In this document: piece after piece, positions 40,525 to 52,259 of the stretch
Layout: every line of letters starts with the position of its first letter
Numbering within the stretch: the first letter of the stretch is position 1
Assembly: GCF_902652985.1 (NCBI RefSeq)
Contig: NC_047032.1
Span: forward strand, 30,318,001-30,382,000
From: Pecten maximus
Lineage: Eukaryota
DNA length: 64,000 nt
Reading direction: 5' to 3'
Translations under genes and position numbers: made by a program
Notes under the pieces: generated by a model
Databases searched by the model: none
Seen by the model: only the letters and a program-made list of their open reading frames with translations
What the model was told of the DNA's origin: nothing

Positions 40525-42981
40525 CTAATGCCTTGTGTATGACTATGAGAGTGTAGTTATCACACTAAGATAATGGTGTAATGGGTTACGTGTATCCCCC
40601 ACATCTCATTGACGACCTCTCGGATCGTCAGACAATGTCTTCAAATCTGATCTCTGTCGTTTTATCTATGTCGAAACCGCAGGAGATTTGTATTTACAAT
40701 ACACATATCATTGTAATTATTTGTCGGCTTTGTCGGTGATTTATTTATTGGGGAAATCTTAAACACGCGGCTTTTACAAGTAACGAACGTAATTAACGTC
40801 TTGTATTCCCGGAGCGCTATACTTCACGTGAAAGTAGTCTTTAAAATCACGTGTTTATAATCACGCGCGAATCTCCAATATTTTGACATAGCACAGTGTT
40901 TGTCTTCAGCGCTCAGATAAATTAAAGTCAGACGGAGATCAAAAGATTTGAGGATGTTGTCGGGAGGTCCAAGGATATGGAGTCGGCCATTTTCTTATAA
41001 CGGGTTACTTAAGTAGCATTTAACCTCAAAACAATTCCAACGGAAGATGCGTTGATCAAACTACATAACATATCCAGAAAATACATTCATCTCTAAATGT
41101 TCCAAAGGATTTTTTTTCTTTTAATTACTTCAAAGTAGATGGCCTAGCTATATAGACCTATTGGCAAATTAATTAATTCGCCAAGGCAACGACAGTTCAT
41201 TTTCAATTCATCACAAGATCAACTTCATACATCGCCCTCCAACATCGACAGCGCAAGGTTTAATTGGAACCGGGGCGTTCACTTACATATCTACCAATAA
41301 TAACTACGCATAAAAATATAGTCCGTCATTAAACAACCATTTATAAAGACTATTATAAAAATAGATACTCATTAATAGGACATTTTCATCATCAGAAGAT
41401 AAGTTAGAGTAACTTCTTAAAAGAGGTATGGTCGTTTTCCGCTTATCCTGACCTTGGCCACGGACAACATAGTCTGGGCTAAAAATACAGGTCAATATCA
41501 TGTGACCCCAGTGATTCCCAGTACCAAAATAGATCGTCATGGTCCATTGGCGCGCTGTGTGTTGTGAACGGATTACTTGTATATAGTCAATCAATACCAT
41601 ATGAAATAAAGTTAAATTGACATGTTAAATTAAACACTACTCATTCATGTATGCCTGAGGTCGACGCTGCAGTTCATTCACATTTCACTTTGAATGGTTT
41701 GGAGTAAATCGGTTATGATTTCACTATTTTTTTTTTGTCCAAGTGAAAATTAACTAACTTAAAACTAAATATTTTATATTAGATATGCATTTAATGTTAA
41801 AAAAATTCTTTCAAATATGACCAAGAAAAATTAAATGGTATTATTCTTAAACATAATAAAATATGAATCAGATACATCTTGGTGATTCGAACTCGGAACC
41901 TTCGGGTTGCTAAGCGATGGCTCTACCATATGAACTATGCTGACTTATAGGAATGTGATGATCATGTTATACATTATAGTCAGTCTGCTAAACGCGAAAA
42001 TTAGATATTTTATCAACTACGTTTTTTCAATTTGTCGATACCAGCGCATCGGAGGACCCCTTTTTAAGAATAGGATTTTAGTTGTCTTTTGGTACATATA
42101 ATAAAATAAGACATGGTAAAATTGGTCTTCCGATGCGCTCTGTGTCAAAAAATGATATGAATGCGGGAAAACCCCCCTCGAAAGTTGCAAATAGCCCGAT
42201 GATGCAACTTTACGGCCATTTAATGAAATATCCATTGCAATGGACGAACAAATTTTTCGCAAATAAGACATTTTATATGTTATAGATTTAAAGTTTGTAT
42301 TCAAAAACTAACTTTTTACCAATAATTTTTTAATTTTGAAAACGGTCACCATTAGGTCGAAACAGGCCAATATGCGCCATACCGCTTTGTAAAATACTTT
42401 TTGAATTTCTACAAAAGTGTTGGATTACCTGTGATGAGAAAGACACAAAGTAAAAACATATACACAGTGTACGAAGAATGTTGTGTGCTGCAGGATTGAC
42501 CACATATTTTCTATTGTTCTTTAAAAAGACAAGTTGAAATTGTATCTTTTCCTGATGTTCTGTTTGACTCCTCAGTGAATGCATACTCTGAAACAGTGTG
42601 TAGCCTACCTTGTACCTACATATGTATCTCAGCGGTTATTTGGTGTTAAATATTTGATAAATATGGAGAATTCAAAAGCATCAATCTCCCCCTATCTCGG
42701 GTTTACATCCCCTGAGGCTTCTATACAATAGACATGATTAGTCTAACGGTATCTGAAGCAGTTCTATTTCCCCATAAACTGTTAATTAGGTCCAACAGTT
42801 AACTACAGTCAAGAGCTCCAGTGAGACAATACTCCAAATGAATCTCCTACAAAAATATCCCTGTGGTTTTTATACTCTCGCCCGGGCTCTCAGTTGTCCA
42901 TAGAGATGCATACATACAGCGAGCTGGTGTCAGGTCCATATCGTCGTTCTTTCGTTTTAGTTTCCCTTCGCTTCCTTCTTG

Positions 42982-43520
42982 TCCTGCCCTGCAGGTGGGG
43001 CGTAAGAATCGTACCTGCTGCCCCCATTGCATGATCGTAAGAGGCGACTAAACTTGGGATCTTATCTTTTCTCTTCTTTCTTAACAACTTTCTTCTTCCT
43101 AATGTCTCCCTTGACAATGCCTCACTTTTGGCCTTAAGTTGAGCGTTCTCCCCTGTGAGGAAGGCTTTGGGTTCTGTCCCCTGGCCGAGACATACCAGAG
43201 TCTTTAAAAATGGTAGTTGCTACTCCTGTTTAGCGCTCAGCATATTTGGAGTGGAACGACTGGTTCGCCCGTTGTCAGTATAATGTGACCGGGTGGGGTG
43301 TGCTGCTGGGTGTCTTCGGCAGTATGCTTCAGTGAGGTAGCACTATAAATCGGCAAAAGTTCCGGCCTATCACAAGGAGACTTAACACGAACATACCGCA
43401 GCCTCCCAAAACACACATACGCACTCACCACACGCATGCATGCCGCACGCACGGGAGGCCGTCCTTAAATGACCTTAGCTGTTAATAGGACGTTAAACAA
43501 AATATCCCAAACCAAACCAA
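42982..43520 (+). mobile_element. Composite retroposon: structured non-tRNA 5' head + decayed tRNA head + Meta/Deu(Nin)-like body + shared LINE-type tail
   Basis: 9-bp TSD tccttcttg at 42973-42981 and 43521-43529. Meta-like taaaaatggtagttgctactcctgtttagcgctcagcat. Deu/Nin-like cagtataatgtgaccgggtgggg...cttcagtgaggtagcactataaa. The tail matches that of the V-SINEs and is followed by (AAACC)n. Confidence 0.85.
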
Positions 43521-43544
43521 TCCTTCTTGACGCTGTCTGTCATG

Positions 43545-44560
43545 GGCTGTGGCACTAACCGTTGGCGCGCTGGGATGCCTGTTGGCGCGATGGGGATGCC
43601 TGTTGGCGTTGTAGCACTAACTGTTGGCGCACTGGGATGCCTGTTGGCGCGATGGGGATGCCTGTTGGCGTTGTGGCACTAACCGTTGGCGCGTTGGGGA
43701 TGCCTGTTGGCGTTGTGGCACTAACCGTTGGCGCGTTAGGGATGCCTGTTGGCGTGTTGGGGATGCCTGTTGGCGCGATGGGGATGCCTGTTGGCGTTGT
43801 GGCACTAACCGTTGGCGCGTTGGGGATGCCTGTTGGCGTGTTGGGGATGCCTGTTTGCGCGATGGGGATGCCTGTTGGCGTTGTGGCACTCACCGTTGGC
43901 GCGTTGGGGATGCCTGTTGGCGCGATGGGGCTGCCTGTTGGCATTGTGGCACTAACCGTTGGCGCGGCGAAGATGCCTGTTGGCGCAGTGGGGATGCCTG
44001 TTGGCGCGATGAGGATGCCTGTTGGCGTTGTGGCGTAACATGTTGGCTCTACTTATTGGTGCTGTTGCGCTACCTGTTGATGCTATGGTGTTGTCTGTTG
44101 ACACTGTGGCGTTGCCTGTTGGCGCTGTGGCCTTGCCTGTTGGCGTTGTGGCCTTGGCTGTTGGCGCTGTGGCGTTGCCTTTAGGCGCTGTGTAGTTGTC
44201 TGTTGGCTCTGTGGCCTTGTCTGTTGGAGCTGTGGCCTTGCCTGTTGGCGCTGTGGCCTTGTCTGTTGGTGTTGTGGTGCTGCCTGTTGGCGCTGTGGCC
44301 TTGCCTGTTGGCGCTGTGGCCTTGTCTGTTGGTGTTGTGGTGCTGCCTGTTGGCGCTGTGGCCTTGCCTGTTGGTGTTGTGCTGCTGCCTGTTAGCGCTG
44401 TGGCCTTGCATGTTGGCGCTGTGGCCTTGTCTGTTGGCGCTGTGGCCTTGTCTGTTGGAGCTGTGGCCTTGCCTGTTGGCGCTGTGGCCTTGTCTGTTGG
44501 AGCTGTGGCCTTGCATGTTGGCGCTGTGGCCTTGCCTGTTGGCGCTGTGGTGCTGCATGC
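43545..44560 (-). repeat. GC-rich 21-bp-unit array in two sub-arrays; encodes PTGIPNA/PTGKATA heptads on -
   Basis: Core cctgttggcg every 21 bp; sub-arrays at 43545-44037 and 44055-44560. Confidence 0.9.
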
Positions 44561-46427
44561 TGACGCTCTAGATCTGCTGCTGTTGTGTTTGGTTATTTCT
44601 ATGATTATTTGATTTATTTTCTGTGTACACTTTTCTAGATTGGTTTTATAGACAGATTCGGTGTGCACACCAAATGAAGCATGTTTGACTAAAAGATAAA
44701 TATATAATTCATAATAAATAAGATAAATACAATTTGTTGGCTTAAGAATCCATCATCTCATATCATCACATGCCGTCGTTGTTTGTAACGACAATGTTGA
44801 TTGGCTTTGTGGTCTTGAAGTACATCTTGCATGACATATTCAGTCATATCCATGTCAATCAAATGATCAGAATCAAACTGATTGATTTGTTTTCACGTTT
44901 CGAAAACATGACAAAAAGAAAAGCAGAGTATACTAACCGCTGCTTCGAGGTTTATTTTGTACGTGATCGTATTTGTATTTTTACCCTATTAGGTTAACTG
45001 CCATTAATATAAACCTTAATGTAGAATATACATGGAGGTAGATTCTAACACATTGTCATTAATATTAGTAATTTGACGGGACGATTTTATAGTCAATACT
45101 GGTCCATGTTCTGTACAGCTTGCTGTATCGGTACGTAACTAGATATATGTACATAAGTCGTATATAGAGTATACCGAGGACTAGCCTATCATACCTACCT
45201 TATAGGTATGGGGAGTTTACCGAGAACTAGCCTATCATACCTACCTGATAGGTATGGAGAGAGTTGTATCATCAGGTGTCAGACATACCGATCCTAAACT
45301 GATGCTACTTCACTATCTGGAATTACACGAGATTTCTCCACCAGCACGGTACAGGTAGATATACAGGTAGATACTAATAATACAAAATTTGCAAAAGGAT
45401 TTTCTTATAAATTTGTTTATTTTTATGTGTCATAAACTACAATAAGGTTATGTATAACATTAGCGTGTCTTTTGTTACCAGGAACGTATATCCATAGTTA
45501 TCTCATAATCGGCCTGTTATCCAGTGAATTCCACCGTGTATTCAATCAAAAGTAGATTGTGACGTCATAACACAGACTGTTGTGTTATATCATGAATTGT
45601 AATGGTGCAATAAAATGGCTGCCTTCGTTTGTTTTTGCCTTCAACATTTTGACTTTAAACATGTCAAAATGTAACTTTTCTAAGTTATAAAATAGAAGCA
45701 TTTTTTTTCCATTTCCTATGAGATTTTCATAACTCGTTTTTTATTTTTTTTAATTCTGCAATCCTTTTTGAAATGTTAACTTGTTTACGTCCTTTTTATA
45801 CGCATATATACTGAAATACTGTACAAATACAAATATACAATGTACATGATATATATCTGTAGGATAATTTGATGGTACTTAACAATGCAAATAAAATTTG
45901 GAATGAAATATATGTATACCATCGATCACTTACTATACGATAATATTGTCTCCCTGTTTGATAGAGTCTGATAAATTCTCTGACAAAAATTAGTTATTTG
46001 TTCCCTTTATTTTTAATTATTATAGCTAACTAATGTTTACAGTGTATCACATTAATTGTATTATCACTATAAACTTCATCATTGATCATCACCATTTCCT
46101 AAACGATCGATGATCGATTACTGATCAATCATGATCATGGGCAGAAAGGGAAATATCTGCACAAAATATTAACCAAAATAGGGGAAAATGTTGTGGACAT
46201 GCTTTAAGGCATCTAGATATGTTTTCAAATAATATTTTAATGCATTTTTATTTCAAATAACCAATGATATTGTTCATTTATTAATTTTTGAAGAAGGCTG
46301 TAGATCTTGACAATGTCCAATGAATGATCGATCACAAAACACAAAAATAAATCATAATCGATTTGTGATAATTAGAGGTAAAACGACTAATCATTGATTA
46401 CTCGGAGCACACTAGTCAAAATAACAT

Positions 46428-47345
46428 AACAATGTATCCCAATAACTGTACAATGTATCACAATAACTGTACAATGTATCCCAATAACTATACAATGTAT
46501 CCCAATAACTATACAATGTATCCCAATAACTATACAAGGTATAGCTGTATAACTGCACAATGTATCCCAATACTAGTAACTGTACAATGTATCCCAATAA
46601 CTATACAATGTATCCCAATAACTGTACAATGTATCCCAATAACGATACAATGTATCCCAATAACTATACAATGTATCCCAATAACTGTACAATGTATCCC
46701 AATAACTATACAATGTATCCCAATAACTGTACAATGTATCCCAATAACTGTACAATGTATCTCAATAACTGTACAATGTATCCCAATAACTGTACAATGT
46801 ATCTCAATAACTATACAATGTATCCCAATAACTATACAATGTATCTCAATAACTATACAATGTGTCCCAATAACTATACAATGTATCCCAATAACTGTAC
46901 AATGTATCCCAATAACTGTACAATGTATCCCAATAACTGAACAATGTATACAATAACTATACAATGTATCCCAATAACTATACAATGTATCCCAATAACT
47001 GAACAATGTATACCAATAACTGAACAATGTATACCAATAACTATACAATGTATCCCAATAACTATACAATGTATCCCAATAACTATACAATGTATCCCAA
47101 TAACTATACAATGTATCAATAACTATACAATGTATCCCAATAACTATACAATGTATCCCAATAACTGTACAATGTATCACAATAACTGTACAATGTATCA
47201 CAATAACTGTACAATGTATCCCAATAACTATACAATGTATCCCAATAACTATACAATGTATCAATAACTATACAATGTATCCCAATAACTGTATAATGTA
47301 TCTCAATAACTGTACATTGTATCACAATAAATATACAATGTATTC
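46428..47345. repeat. 21-bp minisatellite, about 43 copies
   Basis: Unit aataactatacaatgtatccc. Confidence 0.96.
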
Positions 47346-47952
47346 AGTTATTGTATAATGTATTCCAGTAAATTACAGTGTATCACAACAAATGTACATT
47401 TAAATAACTGTAACATGTACCACGATTTATATAGCATACTACCATTTTTTTCACTCGAAATCATTTTGACATAGAAATGTTTGCTCTGTGTCGACCTGAC
47501 AAACATAGACCCACTTCACGAATGTGATTCTAATAACACTGCACGTTATTATGTGGAAGCCTTGGAATCCTCGGGTTATACAAACTCGTCTGTCCTCAAT
47601 ATTTACTTGGCATTGCCCCTTTACACCATCAAATAATACATTGATTGCGTAGTTTTCCTACAGGATTAGTTGGTTACCTCGGGGGAGGGTTTTATATAAG
47701 TTGTATGACTTGTGCCTAATCCTTTTGTTACAGATAAAAACATGTTTAAATCAAACCTCTAAACTGAAATTCTCGTTGAAATGTTGACAAGAATCTATAC
47801 GTATGGGACTATTTACCCAACCCATACTTACAAATAAAGTTAAAATTTTCTTGTAAATCTTACATGTATTTTTTCTCTTTATTTACAGAAATGATATGAC
47901 GTAATCTACCAGGACTGTGACGTCATCAGATAGACATTCTACATAAGTACCT

Positions 47953-49005
47953 ATGATGGCGAAGCGTCAAAAGAAAATAGTTTATGGAGACCAAATCCAG
48001 CGGTCGGAATACAACGATGGCGTCCTTAGAAACAACAACCGAGCTAATAATAGATTATCTCGCGAGATGTTAATGTACGAGAAAGCACAAAAGGTCATTT
48101 TAAAAGACCTCGGAAAAGAGACCCAGTTATTACGTACAAAATTAAGTATGTCCACTATAGCCTCTCCGCGTTTATCATTCGCTAAGAACACAGTTACAGA
48201 CATCGAACCTTTTACCATATATGGCATGTCCGCCAATCCCAAGAGCAAAAAGGAACCCGTCCGAAAAGTAACTCTAAAGCCAATATATCCGTCTGTTGGA
48301 GATTCAACCCCAACCCCCAGGGCAAATTTCCACCCAGGAACAAGTTTCGTAAGTTCAAAAGGTCATGTAGTGGTGAGTTCAAGCTCACGGAACGGATTGG
48401 TGGACTCGAGAAACGACAAAGTGAACTCGAGGAGTAGTTTGTTAGAATCACGAAATAGTGTTTTAAATTCTCGAAATGACTTCATTGACGGTTCAGTGAG
48501 CGCTAGAGGCGGCATGCCTGACCCTCGAAGTGGAAAAATAAATTCACGTGCAAATTTGAACAGTTCCCGGAATAGCGGAGTTCAACTTAGTTCATTATCT
48601 ACCACCTCTGGCAAATTGCAATCTTCAAAATCCAGAAAAGCGACGAAATCTGGTAAAACTGGAATTTCTAGTACCGATAATGAAAGTGATTTCTCAACAA
48701 CTGAGCCACGAGGGGGAAGAACAAGTGTCATTTCCGACATAAAGAGTCGACAAGCCCCCTCTCGGCTGAGTTTTATCGAAATACTTGCGGAAGCTGAAGA
48801 ACGAAAGGCAAAAGAAGCAAAACTTGAAATAGAAGCAAACTCGGTCACAACGCCAATGCTTCGTCCGAGAACGCCAGTTCTGACTGCTGATGGTGACGTC
48901 ACCGCACCATCAGATGCCGTCAACAACCATGACGAAAAGGGTCGGAGAGGAAGTCACTTAGGGGCTACACCTAAAGCTACGGCTGTGACCATTGACCAGG
49001 ATTGA
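47953..49005 (+). CDS. Uncharacterised 350-aa protein with a predicted N-terminal helix/coiled coil and a long Ser/Arg-rich disordered region
   Basis: 1053-nt non-repetitive ORF with raised GC. Acceptor tttctctttatttacAG at 47888 and an in-frame upstream TAA at 47944, so the CDS lies in a single exon after a 5'UTR intron. AATAAA near 50148. Confidence 0.8.
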   Translation: MMAKRQKKIVYGDQIQRSEYNDGVLRNNNRANNRLSREMLMYEKAQKVILKDLGKETQLLRTKLSMSTIASPRLSFAKNTVTDIEPFTIYGMSANPKSKKEPVRKVTLKPIYPSVGDSTPTPRANFHPGTSFVSSKGHVVVSSSSRNGLVDSRNDKVNSRSSLLESRNSVLNSRNDFIDGSVSARGGMPDPRSGKINSRANLNSSRNSGVQLSSLSTTSGKLQSSKSRKATKSGKTGISSTDNESDFSTTEPRGGRTSVISDIKSRQAPSRLSFIEILAEAEERKAKEAKLEIEANSVTTPMLRPRTPVLTADGDVTAPSDAVNNHDEKGRRGSHLGATPKATAVTIDQD

Positions 49006-50648
49006 AATTGGCAAGGTTTTCGGATGTAACATGGATCATTATTATATATAACAGTTCCAACGCAGCCGCTAGAGATCGAACCCAGGGCACCTGGCGCACC
49101 AGGCTGATGTTGTACTGATTAAATTAAAGTAAAAAAAAAGCCTGTAGTAAAAGTCGGTAGGGAACAGCTGGTAACCTACCAGAGTGTCACACAGGGCGAA
49201 AAAGGGAGATAACTAGGGAAGTTTTTTTTTTTTTACGGATTTTCTTATCTGTTTCTGACGTTATATCAAATTTCTTATTCTAGTTTAATTTAAAAAAAAA
49301 AATTTATAGACTAAATAATTTAATTTACCGTTTTGTTTTTTATGTGAATAATAATCCTGGTTCATAAATGTATTTCGGTCTTATGCTTGCCGTATTTGTA
49401 CATGTATTACAAAACAAACATTTCCATGTTAGTTAGCTTAGTAAAGTCACAAACCTTTGTTTGATTTATACAATGAATCTTATAAACAACGTTTAGATAG
49501 ACAAAGTGTATTGCTACATTAATATATTCACAATGTTCACCGAAATGCATGTATTTATTTACAAACAGTATTAATTATCGGGGGGGGGGGGGGGGGGGGG
49601 GGGCGTTACCAGGTATATGTTCAGTACTTGTTAATTTTTCCCAGGGACACGGCACCCTCATAAAACATAAATAATGTATAAAATGTAATTTATTATTAAC
49701 CATTGTAACGTGTCTTGCCCCTGTGTATCCAATTGTTACCACGTGATCACCGTTATTGTTTGTACGTAGTAGTTAGACTCGGTGACGTAGCAGTTGATGT
49801 CTTTGATGACGTTTAATCGGAGATAACGGATGAGACGTAGGAAAACGACTTGGAAAATGAATGTAAATCTTGTTATAACAGAGCCGTGTAGTATAATGTT
49901 CAATATTGATAGTGTTATCGTCGTCACCTACCTCTTCCAGAGTTGTCGTTCCTGATTTACAACTTCGCGTGAGTATCAGGAACGATAACTCTCACAGGGA
50001 ACCTCGGTTAGAGTTAGTGTGAGGATAGGTTTTATAGTATTATGGTATTTATAATATTATACGAACAGTAAAGATTGAATTGTCACATATGTAAATGTAT
50101 TTCATATATGTTTGTTTTTTTAAATTAAAATTAAAGTTAATTTATTGAATAAAGAACACAATACACCGAATCTAGAGTTTTGTTTTTGTTTGTTTGTTTT
50201 TTCTACACTACATATTGCTAGGTATTACCTGTACTGTTTTTTAACGTAAACGAACAAATAATATCATTCCATTTCAACAATCAATTTATCGAAACATCGT
50301 GTATTAACGACACAATCTGCCGACCAGAAGGTAAGTTCCGTGATGGTTGTCCTATTTACAGTAGAATTCGTGGATTAATACCCGATACACACCTCTGTAT
50401 ATAATATATAACACACTCAGTGTCAATTTGACGTTAACACGTTACCAGACTCTTCCGTGTCCAACCAGGAATCATTTTAAAGAGCATGGATTGTGATGAA
50501 ATATACCAGAAACTATCGGAACATTTTTAATACAGGCAAAATATAGAACAGAAGAGCAGAAGAAAAAATACAAGATTCAATAATTCATGATCAATTATAA
50601 AGTTTATTCATATTCGAATTCTGAAAGAAACATCCATATACAATTGGT

Positions 50649-50864
50649 TTAAATCTTGAGGTCGTGCTCCCATTCCGATTCCAGGTTTTTAAATCCGTCC
50701 AGTTTCCTAAGGCCGTCAACATAGATCCACTCCATCGCCCTATATGGAGCCAATAGTTTACAGTAGTACAGACCGCTCGTGCTAGCCTGAGATGATTTGT
50801 ATGGCACGTGGAAGGATTCGGACGTGACATGGACGCCATCTACGTCATCATCGTACAGCAGTTC
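50649..50864 (-). CDS. Alpha/beta-hydrolase exon 8 (terminal)
   Basis: Acceptor ctatAG. Translation ELLYDDDVDG...GLYYCKLLAPYRAMEWIYVDGLRKLDGFKNLESEWEHDLKI*. AATAAA on - near 50608. Total CDS 1500 nt = 499 aa + stop. Confidence 0.88.
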   Translation of the reverse strand, partial: ELLYDDDVDGVHVTSESFHVPYKSSQASTSGLYYCKLLAPYRAMEWIYVDGLRKLDGFKNLESEWEHDLKI

Positions 50865-51188
50865 CTATAGATTACGACATATTATCAGTGACTACAGGGT
50901 TCAGAGGAGTTACTTCCCCTTTGACATAGAATCATTTGTCAGTGCTTAATTGAGTTATCTCCCATTGTCCATGTGTTTTTTTTATCTTCTTTGACGTCAA
51001 GGCATAAAAGAATGTTTCATTTTTCATTTTCATTTTTTAAGAATATACTTAATTCCAAAGAAACAATTCAGCATAAGAGAGTCTATATATTTTTTTATCG
51101 TTATGATATTTATAGAAGATTTTACAAAGCATTACATCTTACAATAGACTGTCCATAATAAAAAAGAACCACATGTTGTAATATTTAC

Positions 51189-51314
51189 CTGAAGCAACCA
51201 TGTTTGAGCGCTGGGGGTCACAACGTCTTGTTCAGCTATAACAGGGCGCCCCTTTTTGCCGAAACGACTGACAGCAAGGGCAGACGACTGGCCGAGTGCG
51301 TACTGCAGGGCTGC
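51189..51314 (-). CDS. Alpha/beta-hydrolase exon 7
   Basis: Acceptor tttgtAG, donor GTAAAT, 126 nt, phase 0/0. Translation AALQYALGQSSALAVSRFGKKGRPVIAEQDVVTPSAQTWLLQ. Confidence 0.85.
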
Positions 51315-51520
51315 CTACAAACAGTCGAATCAAAATATTGTTGTCGGTGGAATTGACTCAGACGACGTGTCCACTACGCTTTTGTAACATTCCCCAAACT
51401 TACGGTAAATTGACCTACTATAAACATACTATCTTATTTATAATGTATTGCGACGATGGAGGTTCACGGTGTTCATTATATAGTCTTGAACACCGGGGTG
51501 CCATTTTCACCGAATTTTAA

Positions 51521-51551
<31 letters not shown>

Positions 51552-51674
51552 AAAGTTCTATAAAAAAAATAATAAAAGAAGTTCTATATACACACTAGGG
51601 AATGTCCAAATATACGTTATATATCGGTTACCAAATCCCAAATACATCAAGGGAGGTAACTGGTCACTACGAAC

Positions 51675-51923
51675 CTGATTGATTGAATTACAACTCTCGT
51701 TGTTTTCCATGTATGTCTCATTTGGCAGGAAGACCTTGACGGCGTCACGTGACTTCATCTCCGCCTGGAGCTGTGCCGGCGACATGTAGAAAGTGGATAC
51801 ATCTAGAGGGTTCAACTGCATCGAAACTTGTGTGTATGTCGTAATCGTCAGAAGGCCATCCTTATACGTCATATCCGGTACCGACCTGGGCAGCTGATTC
51901 TCGGACACCACCTTGTTTATTAT
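51675..51923 (-). CDS. Alpha/beta-hydrolase exon 6
   Basis: Acceptor atacAG, donor GTTCGT, 249 nt, phase 0/0. Translation IINKVVSENQ...SPAQLQAEMKSRDAVK...CNSINQ. Confidence 0.85.
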
Positions 51924-52259
51924 CTGTATTTTAACCAATACTCGATATTTTATTGTTGTTTACAAAGAGAAAAATTATTACTGTTAATGGTATATCTTAA
52001 TTTCACAAATATTATCATGAATTATCTAATGAATGAATCCTACATATTTATTTTGAAACAAATTTTAACACATATTTAAAAATGGTATGTTTTCATATTA
52101 GAGCTTTTATCAGGATAAGTTAACCACATCAAGTTATTGCATTGTAATGTATCGCCATTTTGATATTCGAACTTTGAGGCATGGGCGTACACATCAGTGG
52201 TTGATCTTTTTGAGTTTAAATGTGTTCCGAAGTCAGACATGGTATACATGGATACGAAC

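Noticed and set aside
42991-43058. HDV-like or pistol ribozyme assignment for the retroposon head
   Set aside because: There is no room for P2/P3/L3 or the P1.1 GG (HDV), and no P2 strand before the pseudoknot (pistol). Kept only as an unassigned structure.
46412-47325. Cys/Tyr-rich repeat ORFs on both strands
   Set aside because: A 21-bp minisatellite open in several frames, with no splice or unique coding context.
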